This document shows, in pieces, positions 47,079-56,008 of a stretch of 64,000 bases of DNA; position 1 is the first letter of the stretch, and the number at the start of each line of letters is the position of its first letter. The notes beneath the pieces are model-generated. The model worked only from the letters and a program-made list of their open reading frames with translations, made no database searches and was not told the origin of the DNA. Made by a program: the position numbers and the translations under genes. This stretch comes from Gammaproteobacteria bacterium (GTDB lineage Bacteria; Pseudomonadota; Gammaproteobacteria; Eutrophobiales; Eutrophobiaceae), in assembly GCA_965116495.1 (NCBI GenBank), contig OZ220696.1, forward strand, positions 320,001-384,000. Direction: 5' to 3'.

Positions 47079-50038
47079 GTGAATCCCAGCCTATGCGGCT
47101 TGAAACCGGCGGCAGGATCGACCGTAACAAGCCGTTGTCATTTACTTTCGATGGCAAAAAATACACTGGCTTTGAAGGCGACACCCTGGCATCAGCATTA
47201 CTGGCCAACGGGGTGCGCGTGGTAGGGCGCAGCTTCAAGTATCACCGTCCCCGGGGCATTCTCGCTGCTGGTGCCGAAGAGAGTAATGCGCTGGTGACCG
47301 TGGGGCAGGGCGCCCTGGAGGAACCCAATGTGCGGGCCACGTTGCAGCCGTTATACGATGGCCTGTCGGCGCGCAGCCAGAACTGTTGGCCCAATGTCAG
47401 GTTTGATATCGGCCGCAGTCTTGATTACCTGCATTTCCTCTGGCCTGCCGGGTTTTACAATAAGACCTTCATCTGGCCTCACTGGCACTGGTACGAGAGG
47501 ATTATCCGGCGTATATCGGGGCTGGGCAAACTGCCGACTGGAGATGATCCTGACCATTATGTTCATCATAATGTACATTGTGATGTCTTGATAGTGGGCG
47601 CCGGTCCTGCCGGACTGGGTGCGGCGCTGACGGCCAGCGAGCACGGGTTGCGGGTCGTCGTGACAGAGCAGGACAGCCAGTTGGGCGGCAGCCTGCTCTG
47701 GAGTGAAGAGAGCATTGACGGCGTACAGGCAGACACGTGGCTGGAAGACACGGTGCGCGTTTTAGGGCAACGGGATAACGTTACCCTGTTGACCGATACC
47801 ACGGCCTCGGCCTGGTTTGACCACCGTATGGTTATCGCGTGCCAGACGGTAACTGACCGCCGCATCCCGGGGGAGGGGGAAGGACCCCGTCAGCGGTTAT
47901 GGAAGATACATGCGCGCGAAATTATTCTGGCCACCGGCGCTATTGAGCAACCGCTGGTCTTCGCCAACAACGACCGCCCCGGTATCATGCTGGCAAGCGC
48001 CGTACAGCAGTACTGTAACCGTTATGCGGTGGCGCCCGGGAAACGCATAGCCATAGCGACCAACAACGACAGCGCATACAGCGTTGCCGGCGCACTCAGG
48101 AATGCAGGGGTGGACGTTGTGGCCATGATCGATTCCCGGCAAAAACTGACTGGAAAGCCAGCACGGCTGGTGCGCGATCAAGGCATGACGGTGTTTCATA
48201 ACGCCATGCCGCGGGATTGCCGGGGCGACAAAGGCGTGCGTAGCGTGTCCGTAACCAAGCGGGACAGCCTGGAAACCCTGGCAACCCTGCAATGCGACTG
48301 CATCGCCATGGCCGGGGGTTGGCAGCCGGCGGTGCATCTGTTCACCCAGGCGCGCGGCAAATTGCGCTACGATGCCTCGCCTGGCGCGTTCGTGCCGGAA
48401 GAAAACCCGCCCCATATGCACGTGGCGGGGATGGTGGCCGGCGCCCTTACCTTGGAAACGGCCCTGGACCAGGGCCGGGAGGCCGGTCTCGCTGCCGCTG
48501 GGGACGGACTTCAAGTCCGTCCCCAGACACGCTCGAAGAACCCTGGTGCCTTGCATATCGAACGGGCCTGGAGCGGGCAGCGTAGCAGCCGCCAATGGAT
48601 CGACTTCCAATATGACGTGACCCTGCAGGATATCGATATAGCGGTAGCCGAGAACTATACCTCCGTTGAACACCTGAAACGTTACACGACCACCGGCATG
48701 TCCGTCGACCAGGGCAAGACAAGCAATGTGAACGCCTTGCTTGCCCTGGCAGCACGTACGGGCAGGACTCCCGGTGAGGTGGGGACAACCACCTTCCGGC
48801 CGTTCTATATGCCGGTCACCCTGGGCGCCCTGGCCGGACGTGACAGTGGCGAGTTCTATGCGCCGGTTCAGCGCAGCCCGTTGTTTGCCTGTCACCAACA
48901 ACTTGATGCCCGGTTTGAAGATTACGGCACCTGGCGCCGCCCGCGGGTCTACCCGCGCGGGAGTGAAAGCGAGCAGCAGGCCATTACCCGGGAGGCCGTG
49001 TCTGCCCGTACCTCCGTTGTCGTTTTCGACGGGTCGCCGTTGGGCAAATTTGAAGTGTACGGACCAGATGCCGCCGAATTTTTGAATCGCATTTACATCA
49101 ACAATGTCACCTCACTGAAGACAGGCCGGGCCCGGTATGGCCTGATGCTGAATGAAAACGGCATCATCATCGACGACGGCATCTTTGCCCGTCTTGCCGG
49201 GGATCACTACCTGGTGCATACCACCAGCGCGGGGGCAAACCGGATCCATGCCTGGATGGAGGCCCTGCTGCAGGGCGACTGGCCGGACCTGGATGTGTTG
49301 CTGACGCCGGTTACCAGCCAGTGGGCTAACATGGCCGTATCCGGCCCGCGTTCAAGACAACTGCTTGAGCGGCTGGGGATCGATATCGACTTCAGTGACA
49401 ACGGGTTGCCGCATATGGCTGTCGTGACCGGCAGGATAGATGAGGTGCCGGTACGCGTGCTCAGGGCAAGCTATACGGGTGAACTGTGTTATGAGATCAA
49501 CGTCCCTGCTGATTGGGGAGAGTCCTTGTGGAATCGCTTGTTGCAACTCGGTGAAGACCTGCAGGTGATGCCGATCGGAATTGAAACACTGGGGATATTG
49601 CGCACTGAGAAGGGTTACCTGCACGTAGGCAGCGATACAGACGGTTACAGCACGCCGGGAGACGTTGGTTGGGGCCATGTGGCAGAACGGAAGCAGGGTG
49701 AGTTCCTTGGCAAACGCTCGTTGAGCCGTCCTTTTAATACAAGCAGTGGGCGTCTGGAATTTGTCGGTCTTACCCCTGCGATAGAAGGGGGTGTGCTGGT
49801 CGCCGGTGCGCATGTTATTGATGCGAGATATTCCAGCGCACCTGCTCCCACCCAGGGATATGTGACTTCCGCCTGTTACAGTCCCAACCTGCAACGCTAT
49901 GTCGGCCTCGGACTGGTCCGGGACGGCAGCAAGCGGCTGGGTGAGACAGTGAACGTGTATGACAACGGCCAGGTTCATGCCGCGCAAATCAGTAAACCGG
50001 CAGCATGGGACCCGGAAGGAGAACGGTTGCATGTTTGA
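47075..50038 (+). CDS. soxA: Sarcosine oxidase subunit alpha
   Basis: GDTLASALLANG, RSFKYHRPRG, NNDRPG, EHLKRYTT and DQGKTSN motifs; GcvT-like C-terminal domain. Confidence 0.93.
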   Translation: MSESQPMRLETGGRIDRNKPLSFTFDGKKYTGFEGDTLASALLANGVRVVGRSFKYHRPRGILAAGAEESNALVTVGQGALEEPNVRATLQPLYDGLSARSQNCWPNVRFDIGRSLDYLHFLWPAGFYNKTFIWPHWHWYERIIRRISGLGKLPTGDDPDHYVHHNVHCDVLIVGAGPAGLGAALTASEHGLRVVVTEQDSQLGGSLLWSEESIDGVQADTWLEDTVRVLGQRDNVTLLTDTTASAWFDHRMVIACQTVTDRRIPGEGEGPRQRLWKIHAREIILATGAIEQPLVFANNDRPGIMLASAVQQYCNRYAVAPGKRIAIATNNDSAYSVAGALRNAGVDVVAMIDSRQKLTGKPARLVRDQGMTVFHNAMPRDCRGDKGVRSVSVTKRDSLETLATLQCDCIAMAGGWQPAVHLFTQARGKLRYDASPGAFVPEENPPHMHVAGMVAGALTLETALDQGREAGLAAAGDGLQVRPQTRSKNPGALHIERAWSGQRSSRQWIDFQYDVTLQDIDIAVAENYTSVEHLKRYTTTGMSVDQGKTSNVNALLALAARTGRTPGEVGTTTFRPFYMPVTLGALAGRDSGEFYAPVQRSPLFACHQQLDARFEDYGTWRRPRVYPRGSESEQQAITREAVSARTSVVVFDGSPLGKFEVYGPDAAEFLNRIYINNVTSLKTGRARYGLMLNENGIIIDDGIFARLAGDHYLVHTTSAGANRIHAWMEALLQGDWPDLDVLLTPVTSQWANMAVSGPRSRQLLERLGIDIDFSDNGLPHMAVVTGRIDEVPVRVLRASYTGELCYEINVPADWGESLWNRLLQLGEDLQVMPIGIETLGILRTEKGYLHVGSDTDGYSTPGDVGWGHVAERKQGEFLGKRSLSRPFNTSSGRLEFVGLTPAIEGGVLVAGAHVIDARYSSAPAPTQGYVTSACYSPNLQRYVGLGLVRDGSKRLGETVNVYDNGQVHAAQISKPAAWDPEGERLHV
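48498..48526. repeat. REP-like palindrome inside the soxA coding sequence
   Basis: ctggggacggactt-c-aagtccgtccccag, perfect 14-bp arms, reading frame preserved. Confidence 0.75.
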
Positions 50039-50591
50039 TGGGAGTCCTTCATTTGCGCTGAAGGAAAATGATGAGCGGTCACGGCTGTCACAGGCAGAGA
50101 GTCTGCGGCTGGAAGCGGTTAACGGTATCCGTAAGCTGCGCCTGCAGGTGCGGCCGCACGCCGGGATAGATCCGGGCCGGCTTGAAGAGTTACTGGGTAT
50201 CGCTCTGCCGGCAGACCCACTGGAAAAGACAGGTGAAGTGCCTTCAGCCTACTGGCTGGCGCCAAATGACTGGTTGCTGGTTAACCCGGCAGCCGATGCA
50301 GACAGCGTTAAAGTCGCGTTACGGGATGCAGTCGATGGCGCCACGGCCGTTGTCACCGACATGAGCGATGCCTGGAGCATCATCGACATCTCCGGTGAGG
50401 ATGCCGTAGCAAGACTGGCGCAAGGGTGTTCGGTCGATCTCCATGACAGCGTATTCCCCGCCGGCCGCTATGCATTGACCCGGTTGCAGCACCTGTCGGT
50501 CATTCTCCACCGGCTGGATGATACCCCGCGCTTTCGTATCCTGGTTGACCGTAGCGTGGCGCAATTTCTCTGGGATTGGTTGGCCGTGTGA
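50031..50591 (+). CDS. soxG: Sarcosine oxidase subunit gamma
   Basis: WLAPNDWL, LAQGCSVDLH and RSVAQFLWDWL motifs; overlaps the soxA stop. Confidence 0.88.
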   Translation: MFDGSPSFALKENDERSRLSQAESLRLEAVNGIRKLRLQVRPHAGIDPGRLEELLGIALPADPLEKTGEVPSAYWLAPNDWLLVNPAADADSVKVALRDAVDGATAVVTDMSDAWSIIDISGEDAVARLAQGCSVDLHDSVFPAGRYALTRLQHLSVILHRLDDTPRFRILVDRSVAQFLWDWLAV

Positions 50592-50626
50592 GTGCTGTGA
50601 CTGGAATTGAATTTCCTGTCCTTCGA

Positions 50627-52990
50627 TTAAAATCGCACTTCACCGGTCAGGTACCATTCACGATCACGCGCGAGGACTTCTGAACCAACACCCGCTGAGT
50701 TTGCCAGTTCGTTGTAATGTACGTAGCGTAAATCGCCGATATTATTCACATAAAAAGTCAGCGCATATTTCTCATCAGCGCTATTCCAGGCGATGTTGGC
50801 GTTGTACAGGCTATAAGACTTCTGGGTTTCGTGGTCAGCGTTATTACCGCCAAAAAATACTTTACTGCGAAAAGTCCAGTCTACCCGCGGCGTCAATGTG
50901 CCCATATCACCCAAACCAAATTCTTTGATGATAGAGGCGCTCCCTGTCCATCTCGGCACATGTGGGAGCCGATCGCCATCGGCAGGTCCGCCAATGGCCG
51001 TCGCTGCAGGATCGGCTTTGGTAATGTTGGCATCAAGGTGACCGATGGTCGCTTCAACAAACCAGGTATCAACCGGCACCCAACGCGCTTCAAGTTCAAA
51101 ACCTTTGACCTCGGCCTCACCGGCATTTTCCAGTATCGGTGCAATACCCCGGAAAACCTCCAGTTGAATGTCGGTATAATCGGCATAAAACGCGGCGGCA
51201 TTCAATATGAAGCTATCATTTGGACTGCTGTATTTAAAGCCTATCTCGTAAGAATCCACAAATTCCGGGTCATAGCTGGGCGCGCCGGGCAACTCTCCGG
51301 CAATGCGTTGTTGAAAGCCACCGCCCTTGAAACCTTCCGAATAAGTGGCATAAGTCATCAGGCTGTCGTTCCAGTCGTAAGACAGGTTCACCATGGGTGT
51401 CCAATCATCTGCATTGGCCTTATAGGTGCCAAGGGGAATAATCTGAAAAGTCGGCTGACCCGGCGCGAATATGGGAACAACAACCTGTTGCCCATCGACC
51501 ACGATGAATTCCTTGTTGTCCTTGGTATAACGAATACCTGCCGTCAGGTGCAGTTTTTCGGTAATGTCGTAAGTGGCCTGGGCAAAACCGGCCTTGCTTT
51601 CGTTATCATAATAACCACCACTTTCAATATCCAGGCTTACAAAATCAACGGCATTATTGTTAACGCCATCTTCGTTGAAGTAGTAAAACCCCAGGATCCA
51701 CTTTAACCTGTCGCCGAACGAATTACCCTGTAATTGCAGCTCCTGCGATATCTGCTCCTGTTTGAATTCGTCCCTGATGTAGGAGAGAAAAAAAGGACTG
51801 TAGTCACCATCCTGGGAAAAATTACTGTCAAGATTACGATAAGCTGTAATCGATCTGATGCTCATGTTATCGGTAATTGCCCAGTCAATCGTCCCGGAGA
51901 TACCATAAGTGTCTGCATCATAAAATTGAGGATGCCCTGAGGTATTTTGTCCAATGCCGATAGTATCAAAATTGACACAATTCGCATTGGTGCCGGCGGG
52001 GTTGCGAAATGTTGCATCACAACCTGTCGCCCGGCCTGGCGGTAACGCGAATTGAGGGATAGGGCTGTTTATCCCGAGGAAGACGTTATGGCCAAATGGA
52101 GCACTCCCAACGCTGCTGGGGCTGGTTGGCCCTGAGAAAGTGATCAGGTTGTTGGTATCCGAATCAGTCACTCTGCCCTGGCCATTTTCCCTGTCCCGGG
52201 AATAGTCGCCGGTAATATTGATTTCCACATTATTATTCACCAGCCAGCGCAGTGCACCGCGAAAGGCCAGAGTGTCATCGTCATTGGTATCCTGACCCGT
52301 TATCGGGTTGACGACATAGCCATCCTGGTTCAAGGTAGCAAGGGTTACAGAGGCAAAAAGATTATCTGCCAGAGCGCCATTCACTTTGGCCGTCAAATCC
52401 ATACGATCATCCGATCCCACTTTTCCCCGCAGCTTGACCTCAAATTCCTCGTGGGGTTTAACGGTATGAATATTCACGGCGCCGCCGATGGTGTTGCGGC
52501 CGAACAGGGTACCCTGTGGACCACGCAAGACTTCCACACGTTCTATATCGATCAAATCCAGTACTGAACCTACACTGCGCGCCAGATAGTTGCCGTCTAC
52601 GTAGAGTCCGACACCAGCGTCTGTAGTAGGTACATGGTCGGTTTGCCCGACGCCACGAATATAAACTGATACGTTGTTATTGCTGCCACCATTGGTGTTG
52701 ATATTGGAAAAGGTCATATTCGGCGTAATTGTGCCAATACGGTCGAGTTGGTCTATGCCCCGTGCCGCAAGACTTTCGCCACTGAAAGCGGAAACCGCTA
52801 TGGGCGTATTCTGGACATTTTCCTCCCTTTTTCTGGCGGTCACGACAATCTCATCCATTAATGCGTCGATCCCACTCTGGCTCTCCTGCGCAAACCCGGG
52901 AAATACAAACAAAATGGAGAGAAGGCCTGCCCCAAGACCTTTGAAAGATAAATTCAGAATGGTTGCAAGCCGGCAATAGATGCTATTCAT
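50627..52990 (-). CDS. TonB-dependent receptor
   Basis: DEIVVTARKREE, ERVEVLRGPQGTLFGRNTIGGAVN, C-terminal RF. Confidence 0.95.
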   Translation of the reverse strand: MNSIYCRLATILNLSFKGLGAGLLSILFVFPGFAQESQSGIDALMDEIVVTARKREENVQNTPIAVSAFSGESLAARGIDQLDRIGTITPNMTFSNINTNGGSNNNVSVYIRGVGQTDHVPTTDAGVGLYVDGNYLARSVGSVLDLIDIERVEVLRGPQGTLFGRNTIGGAVNIHTVKPHEEFEVKLRGKVGSDDRMDLTAKVNGALADNLFASVTLATLNQDGYVVNPITGQDTNDDDTLAFRGALRWLVNNNVEINITGDYSRDRENGQGRVTDSDTNNLITFSGPTSPSSVGSAPFGHNVFLGINSPIPQFALPPGRATGCDATFRNPAGTNANCVNFDTIGIGQNTSGHPQFYDADTYGISGTIDWAITDNMSIRSITAYRNLDSNFSQDGDYSPFFLSYIRDEFKQEQISQELQLQGNSFGDRLKWILGFYYFNEDGVNNNAVDFVSLDIESGGYYDNESKAGFAQATYDITEKLHLTAGIRYTKDNKEFIVVDGQQVVVPIFAPGQPTFQIIPLGTYKANADDWTPMVNLSYDWNDSLMTYATYSEGFKGGGFQQRIAGELPGAPSYDPEFVDSYEIGFKYSSPNDSFILNAAAFYADYTDIQLEVFRGIAPILENAGEAEVKGFELEARWVPVDTWFVEATIGHLDANITKADPAATAIGGPADGDRLPHVPRWTGSASIIKEFGLGDMGTLTPRVDWTFRSKVFFGGNNADHETQKSYSLYNANIAWNSADEKYALTFYVNNIGDLRYVHYNELANSAGVGSEVLARDREWYLTGEVRF

Positions 52991-53186
52991 GATTTTAAAC
53001 CCCCCGCTAGTGTTTAGCCCCGAAATTTAAGCTCCAATAACCTTGACAGGTCATGGTCTGGTGATAACAGTAACTCTCCCTATACCAATAATAGTAGTTT
53101 TATAATTGTCTTATAGCATATATCATTTTGTATAAAATATTCTATCTGAAATCGCGTAAGTCGACTATTCCCGGTATACATAAAAA

Positions 53187-53951
53187 ATGTTGAAATCACT
53201 AAATCCAGTCACTCTTCCAGACAGTTCCTGTCATGACCTTTGTGCTGCAGCAAATAACCGGAATTACCGGATATTCGCGGGAGGCGTTCGATACGGCCAG
53301 GTGGAAGCTATCCCTCGACCACTGATATTTGTGCTGGATGGGAACTGGCTGTTTGCATCCGTGTATGAATATTTGCGTACGCTTTCTATCTTTGACCCAT
53401 CAATCGGAGGCCCGGTCATCGTGGGAATTGGTTACCCCACCGATGATACCGGTACGCTGTTACGACTTCGAAAACGTGACCTGGATCCGAAACCGGATAA
53501 TATCAACAATGTCGGGCAATTTCTGACATTTATTGTTGAGGATGTCCTGACTTTTTTACAAAGTGAACTGGGCATTGTACCAGGCAAGAAAATACTGGCA
53601 GGTCATTCCATGGGAGGGTCATTCGCCCTTTTTGCAATGGGTTCGAAAAAAGCCGGAATTGACGGATTTCTGGCAAGCAGTCCACCCATCCTCGGCACGG
53701 TGTTGGAAAAAATAGATCAGCATGTCCGCAATATCGCAATCACAAAAGAGGTAAAATTATTTTGCAGTCTCGGCGCCGACGAAGCTGTAAAGTTTCCTCA
53801 TATCAGTTCCGGATTTCCTCTACTGATAGAATCGCTGGAGCAATTTGCGCCTGAAAACCTACGCTACAGGCATGTCATTTTCGAGGGTGAAAATCACAGC
53901 AGTATTACACTTGTCGCATTATCAAAAGGTCTGCGTTATCTCCTCACATGA
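53187..53951 (+). CDS. Alpha/beta hydrolase (IroE/BesA-like esterase)
   Basis: FVLDGN, VGIGYP, GHSMGG nucleophile elbow and FEGENH motifs. Confidence 0.85.
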   Translation: MLKSLNPVTLPDSSCHDLCAAANNRNYRIFAGGVRYGQVEAIPRPLIFVLDGNWLFASVYEYLRTLSIFDPSIGGPVIVGIGYPTDDTGTLLRLRKRDLDPKPDNINNVGQFLTFIVEDVLTFLQSELGIVPGKKILAGHSMGGSFALFAMGSKKAGIDGFLASSPPILGTVLEKIDQHVRNIAITKEVKLFCSLGADEAVKFPHISSGFPLLIESLEQFAPENLRYRHVIFEGENHSSITLVALSKGLRYLLT

Positions 53952-54090
53952 TCTATCCCCGCCTGTAAACGCCAGGCAGGTTCCCCATATAGGGAAATAC
54001 TGAATTTTTCCTTTGGATTGCTGGTGCGTTATTCCGGATTGGTTTATCATTCGTATCGGAAGTATGTTTAACATTTAGCAGGAGCTTATC

Positions 54091-54564
54091 GTGGCAAGAT
54101 CCGTTGCAACTACATCAGCAGCACAGAGGTTGGTATTTCAAAATTTTCTGCCTTGTCGATTCAAGGCGATTAATGAGCGAAACTTAAGGCTGCTTGCCGA
54201 TACACATGAAAGCCTGGGGATATCCGCTCCGGAATTCAACATTATGGTTATTTTATCGGAGCATGATGACGTTTCATCCAGAGAGATCAATAAGATAAAC
54301 GGAATGGATAAAGCCACCATTACCCGGGCACTCGGCCGTCTCATCGACAAGAAGTTTATTTCTCGCACCAGAAGCAAAACGGATAGTCGACTCATCAAAT
54401 TAAAACTTACGGCCAAAGGTAAGCGAACGTTCGGTCAGATAGAGGAAAATGCACTGGCCTGGGAACGTGAATTAGTCCGGAACATCAAGTTGACAGATCT
54501 GAATAAGCTTTATGCCATATTAGATAAGATCGATGCTAATCTTGACAGGTTGGACGAAAGTTAA
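54091..54564 (+). CDS. MarR family transcriptional regulator
   Basis: MDKATITRAL...DSRLIKLKLTAKG winged helix. Confidence 0.92.
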   Translation: MARSVATTSAAQRLVFQNFLPCRFKAINERNLRLLADTHESLGISAPEFNIMVILSEHDDVSSREINKINGMDKATITRALGRLIDKKFISRTRSKTDSRLIKLKLTAKGKRTFGQIEENALAWERELVRNIKLTDLNKLYAILDKIDANLDRLDES

Positions 54565-54782
54565 AACTTGATGTCGTAAAGCATAGAGCAGGGTATGGAG
54601 TGGGGCGAAACCGGAGGGGTTTTTTTACGATCTCTGTCCTGCAACTCCGCTCGTTCCATGCCGCGCTCGTGAAAGGTTCTTTTTATTTTCCTGAAAGTGG
54701 CGTCATCGATTTTATCAGCGAGGCCGATACCCAAAACTTCTGTTCCTACCGCTTCGCTCAGTGCGTTGAAAGTGATGCCCAT
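54561..54782 (-). pseudogene. Truncated N-terminus of a TauD/TfdA-type dioxygenase
   Basis: MGITFNALSEAVGTEVLGIGLA...DDATFRKIKRTFHERG resembles the TauD start, then similarity is lost. Confidence 0.55.
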
Positions 54783-54825
54783 GCCGGGTTACCTCGATGA
54801 AGTGGATGGTCCGGATACGGACACT

Positions 54826-55851
54826 TCAGTTTCTCAGCAATGGCATGACCTCAGCCCCGAACCGCTGCAGTTCTTCCAGCGTGGGATGAAACTGCAGCAG
54901 GAACGTCTCGATGCCCAGCGACTCAAACTGCCGCAAGCGTTCGGCAATCATTTCCGGTGTGCCCACCAGTCCTGCCATCGTGCCGCCGTTGGTGCCCACT
55001 TTTTCCTGGTCATGGGGCTGTACCTGGTGCATTACCACTTGTTTGTCTGCCCCCTTGATTTGCATGTGGCGTAATGCCAGCAGGCGCTGGAATTCCTCGT
55101 TTGCCGCGGTCTCCGTTTCCCGGCAGATGACAAACCCGCCCATCCCGAAGCGAATCGTACGGCCGTGTTTTTGCGCCCGCTCCTTCATGTTGGTCACGAG
55201 TTCCGGAAATTGATCCGGCGGCCTGCCGTTCATGACAAAAATATCGGCGGCCCGCGCACCCAGGGCCCGGCCCTGTTCCGATTCGCCGCCGATGTAGATC
55301 GGGATGTGCGGCTGTTGCACCGAGCGCGGGGCAATGGAGGCGTTCTTTATCCGGTAGTACTCACCGTCGAAACTGAAATTGTTACGGGTCCACAGGCCCC
55401 TGAGGATATCGATGTATTCAGCGGCACGGGCGTAGCGATCATCGTGCGCCAGCACCGGCACGCCAAGCATCTCGTATTCAGGTGGCCACCAGGCAGACAC
55501 CAGGTTTATCGCGAAGCGGCCCCGGCTGATTTGGTCGATACTGTTCGCCATTTTTGCGATAACACCGGGTGCCCGCAGACCGGGTTTTACCGCCGCGATG
55601 ATTTCGATTCTTGACGTCAGTGCGGCCAGCCCGGCCGCGCTGGTCCAGGCATCGACCATATCCAGCGTCGCGCCAATGGGATGTATGAAGTGCTCGGCAA
55701 GCAACAGGGTGTCAAATCCCAGTTGTTCCGCCAGCAGGGTCGTCTCCTTCACGTATTCGTAGGAGGCCGTACCCTGATCATGGGCATCGGTCATGATCCA
55801 GTTACCGTAAACCGGCGGCCAGAAACCAAGTCGCATTGCGCTCATATCCAT
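54826..55851 (-). CDS. LLM-class flavin-dependent monooxygenase (SsuD/SfnG-like)
   Basis: AEQLGFD, AKMANSIDQISRGRFAINLVS, HDDRY, YIGGES and LVGTPE motifs. Confidence 0.88.
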   Translation of the reverse strand: MDMSAMRLGFWPPVYGNWIMTDAHDQGTASYEYVKETTLLAEQLGFDTLLLAEHFIHPIGATLDMVDAWTSAAGLAALTSRIEIIAAVKPGLRAPGVIAKMANSIDQISRGRFAINLVSAWWPPEYEMLGVPVLAHDDRYARAAEYIDILRGLWTRNNFSFDGEYYRIKNASIAPRSVQQPHIPIYIGGESEQGRALGARAADIFVMNGRPPDQFPELVTNMKERAQKHGRTIRFGMGGFVICRETETAANEEFQRLLALRHMQIKGADKQVVMHQVQPHDQEKVGTNGGTMAGLVGTPEMIAERLRQFESLGIETFLLQFHPTLEELQRFGAEVMPLLRN

Positions 55852-56008
55852 TTTTCTCCCGGTTCTTCAGTTGAAATCCAACTCTGAATTATACTGGTAG
55901 AAACCTCATATCCAAGTTACGATAAACCTGATTGCAATACTGTAATTTATCAGGTTTGCGGGCGGTGTTGCCATATATTGTAGACAATAAACTGGTTGAG
56001 GCAGGCTT

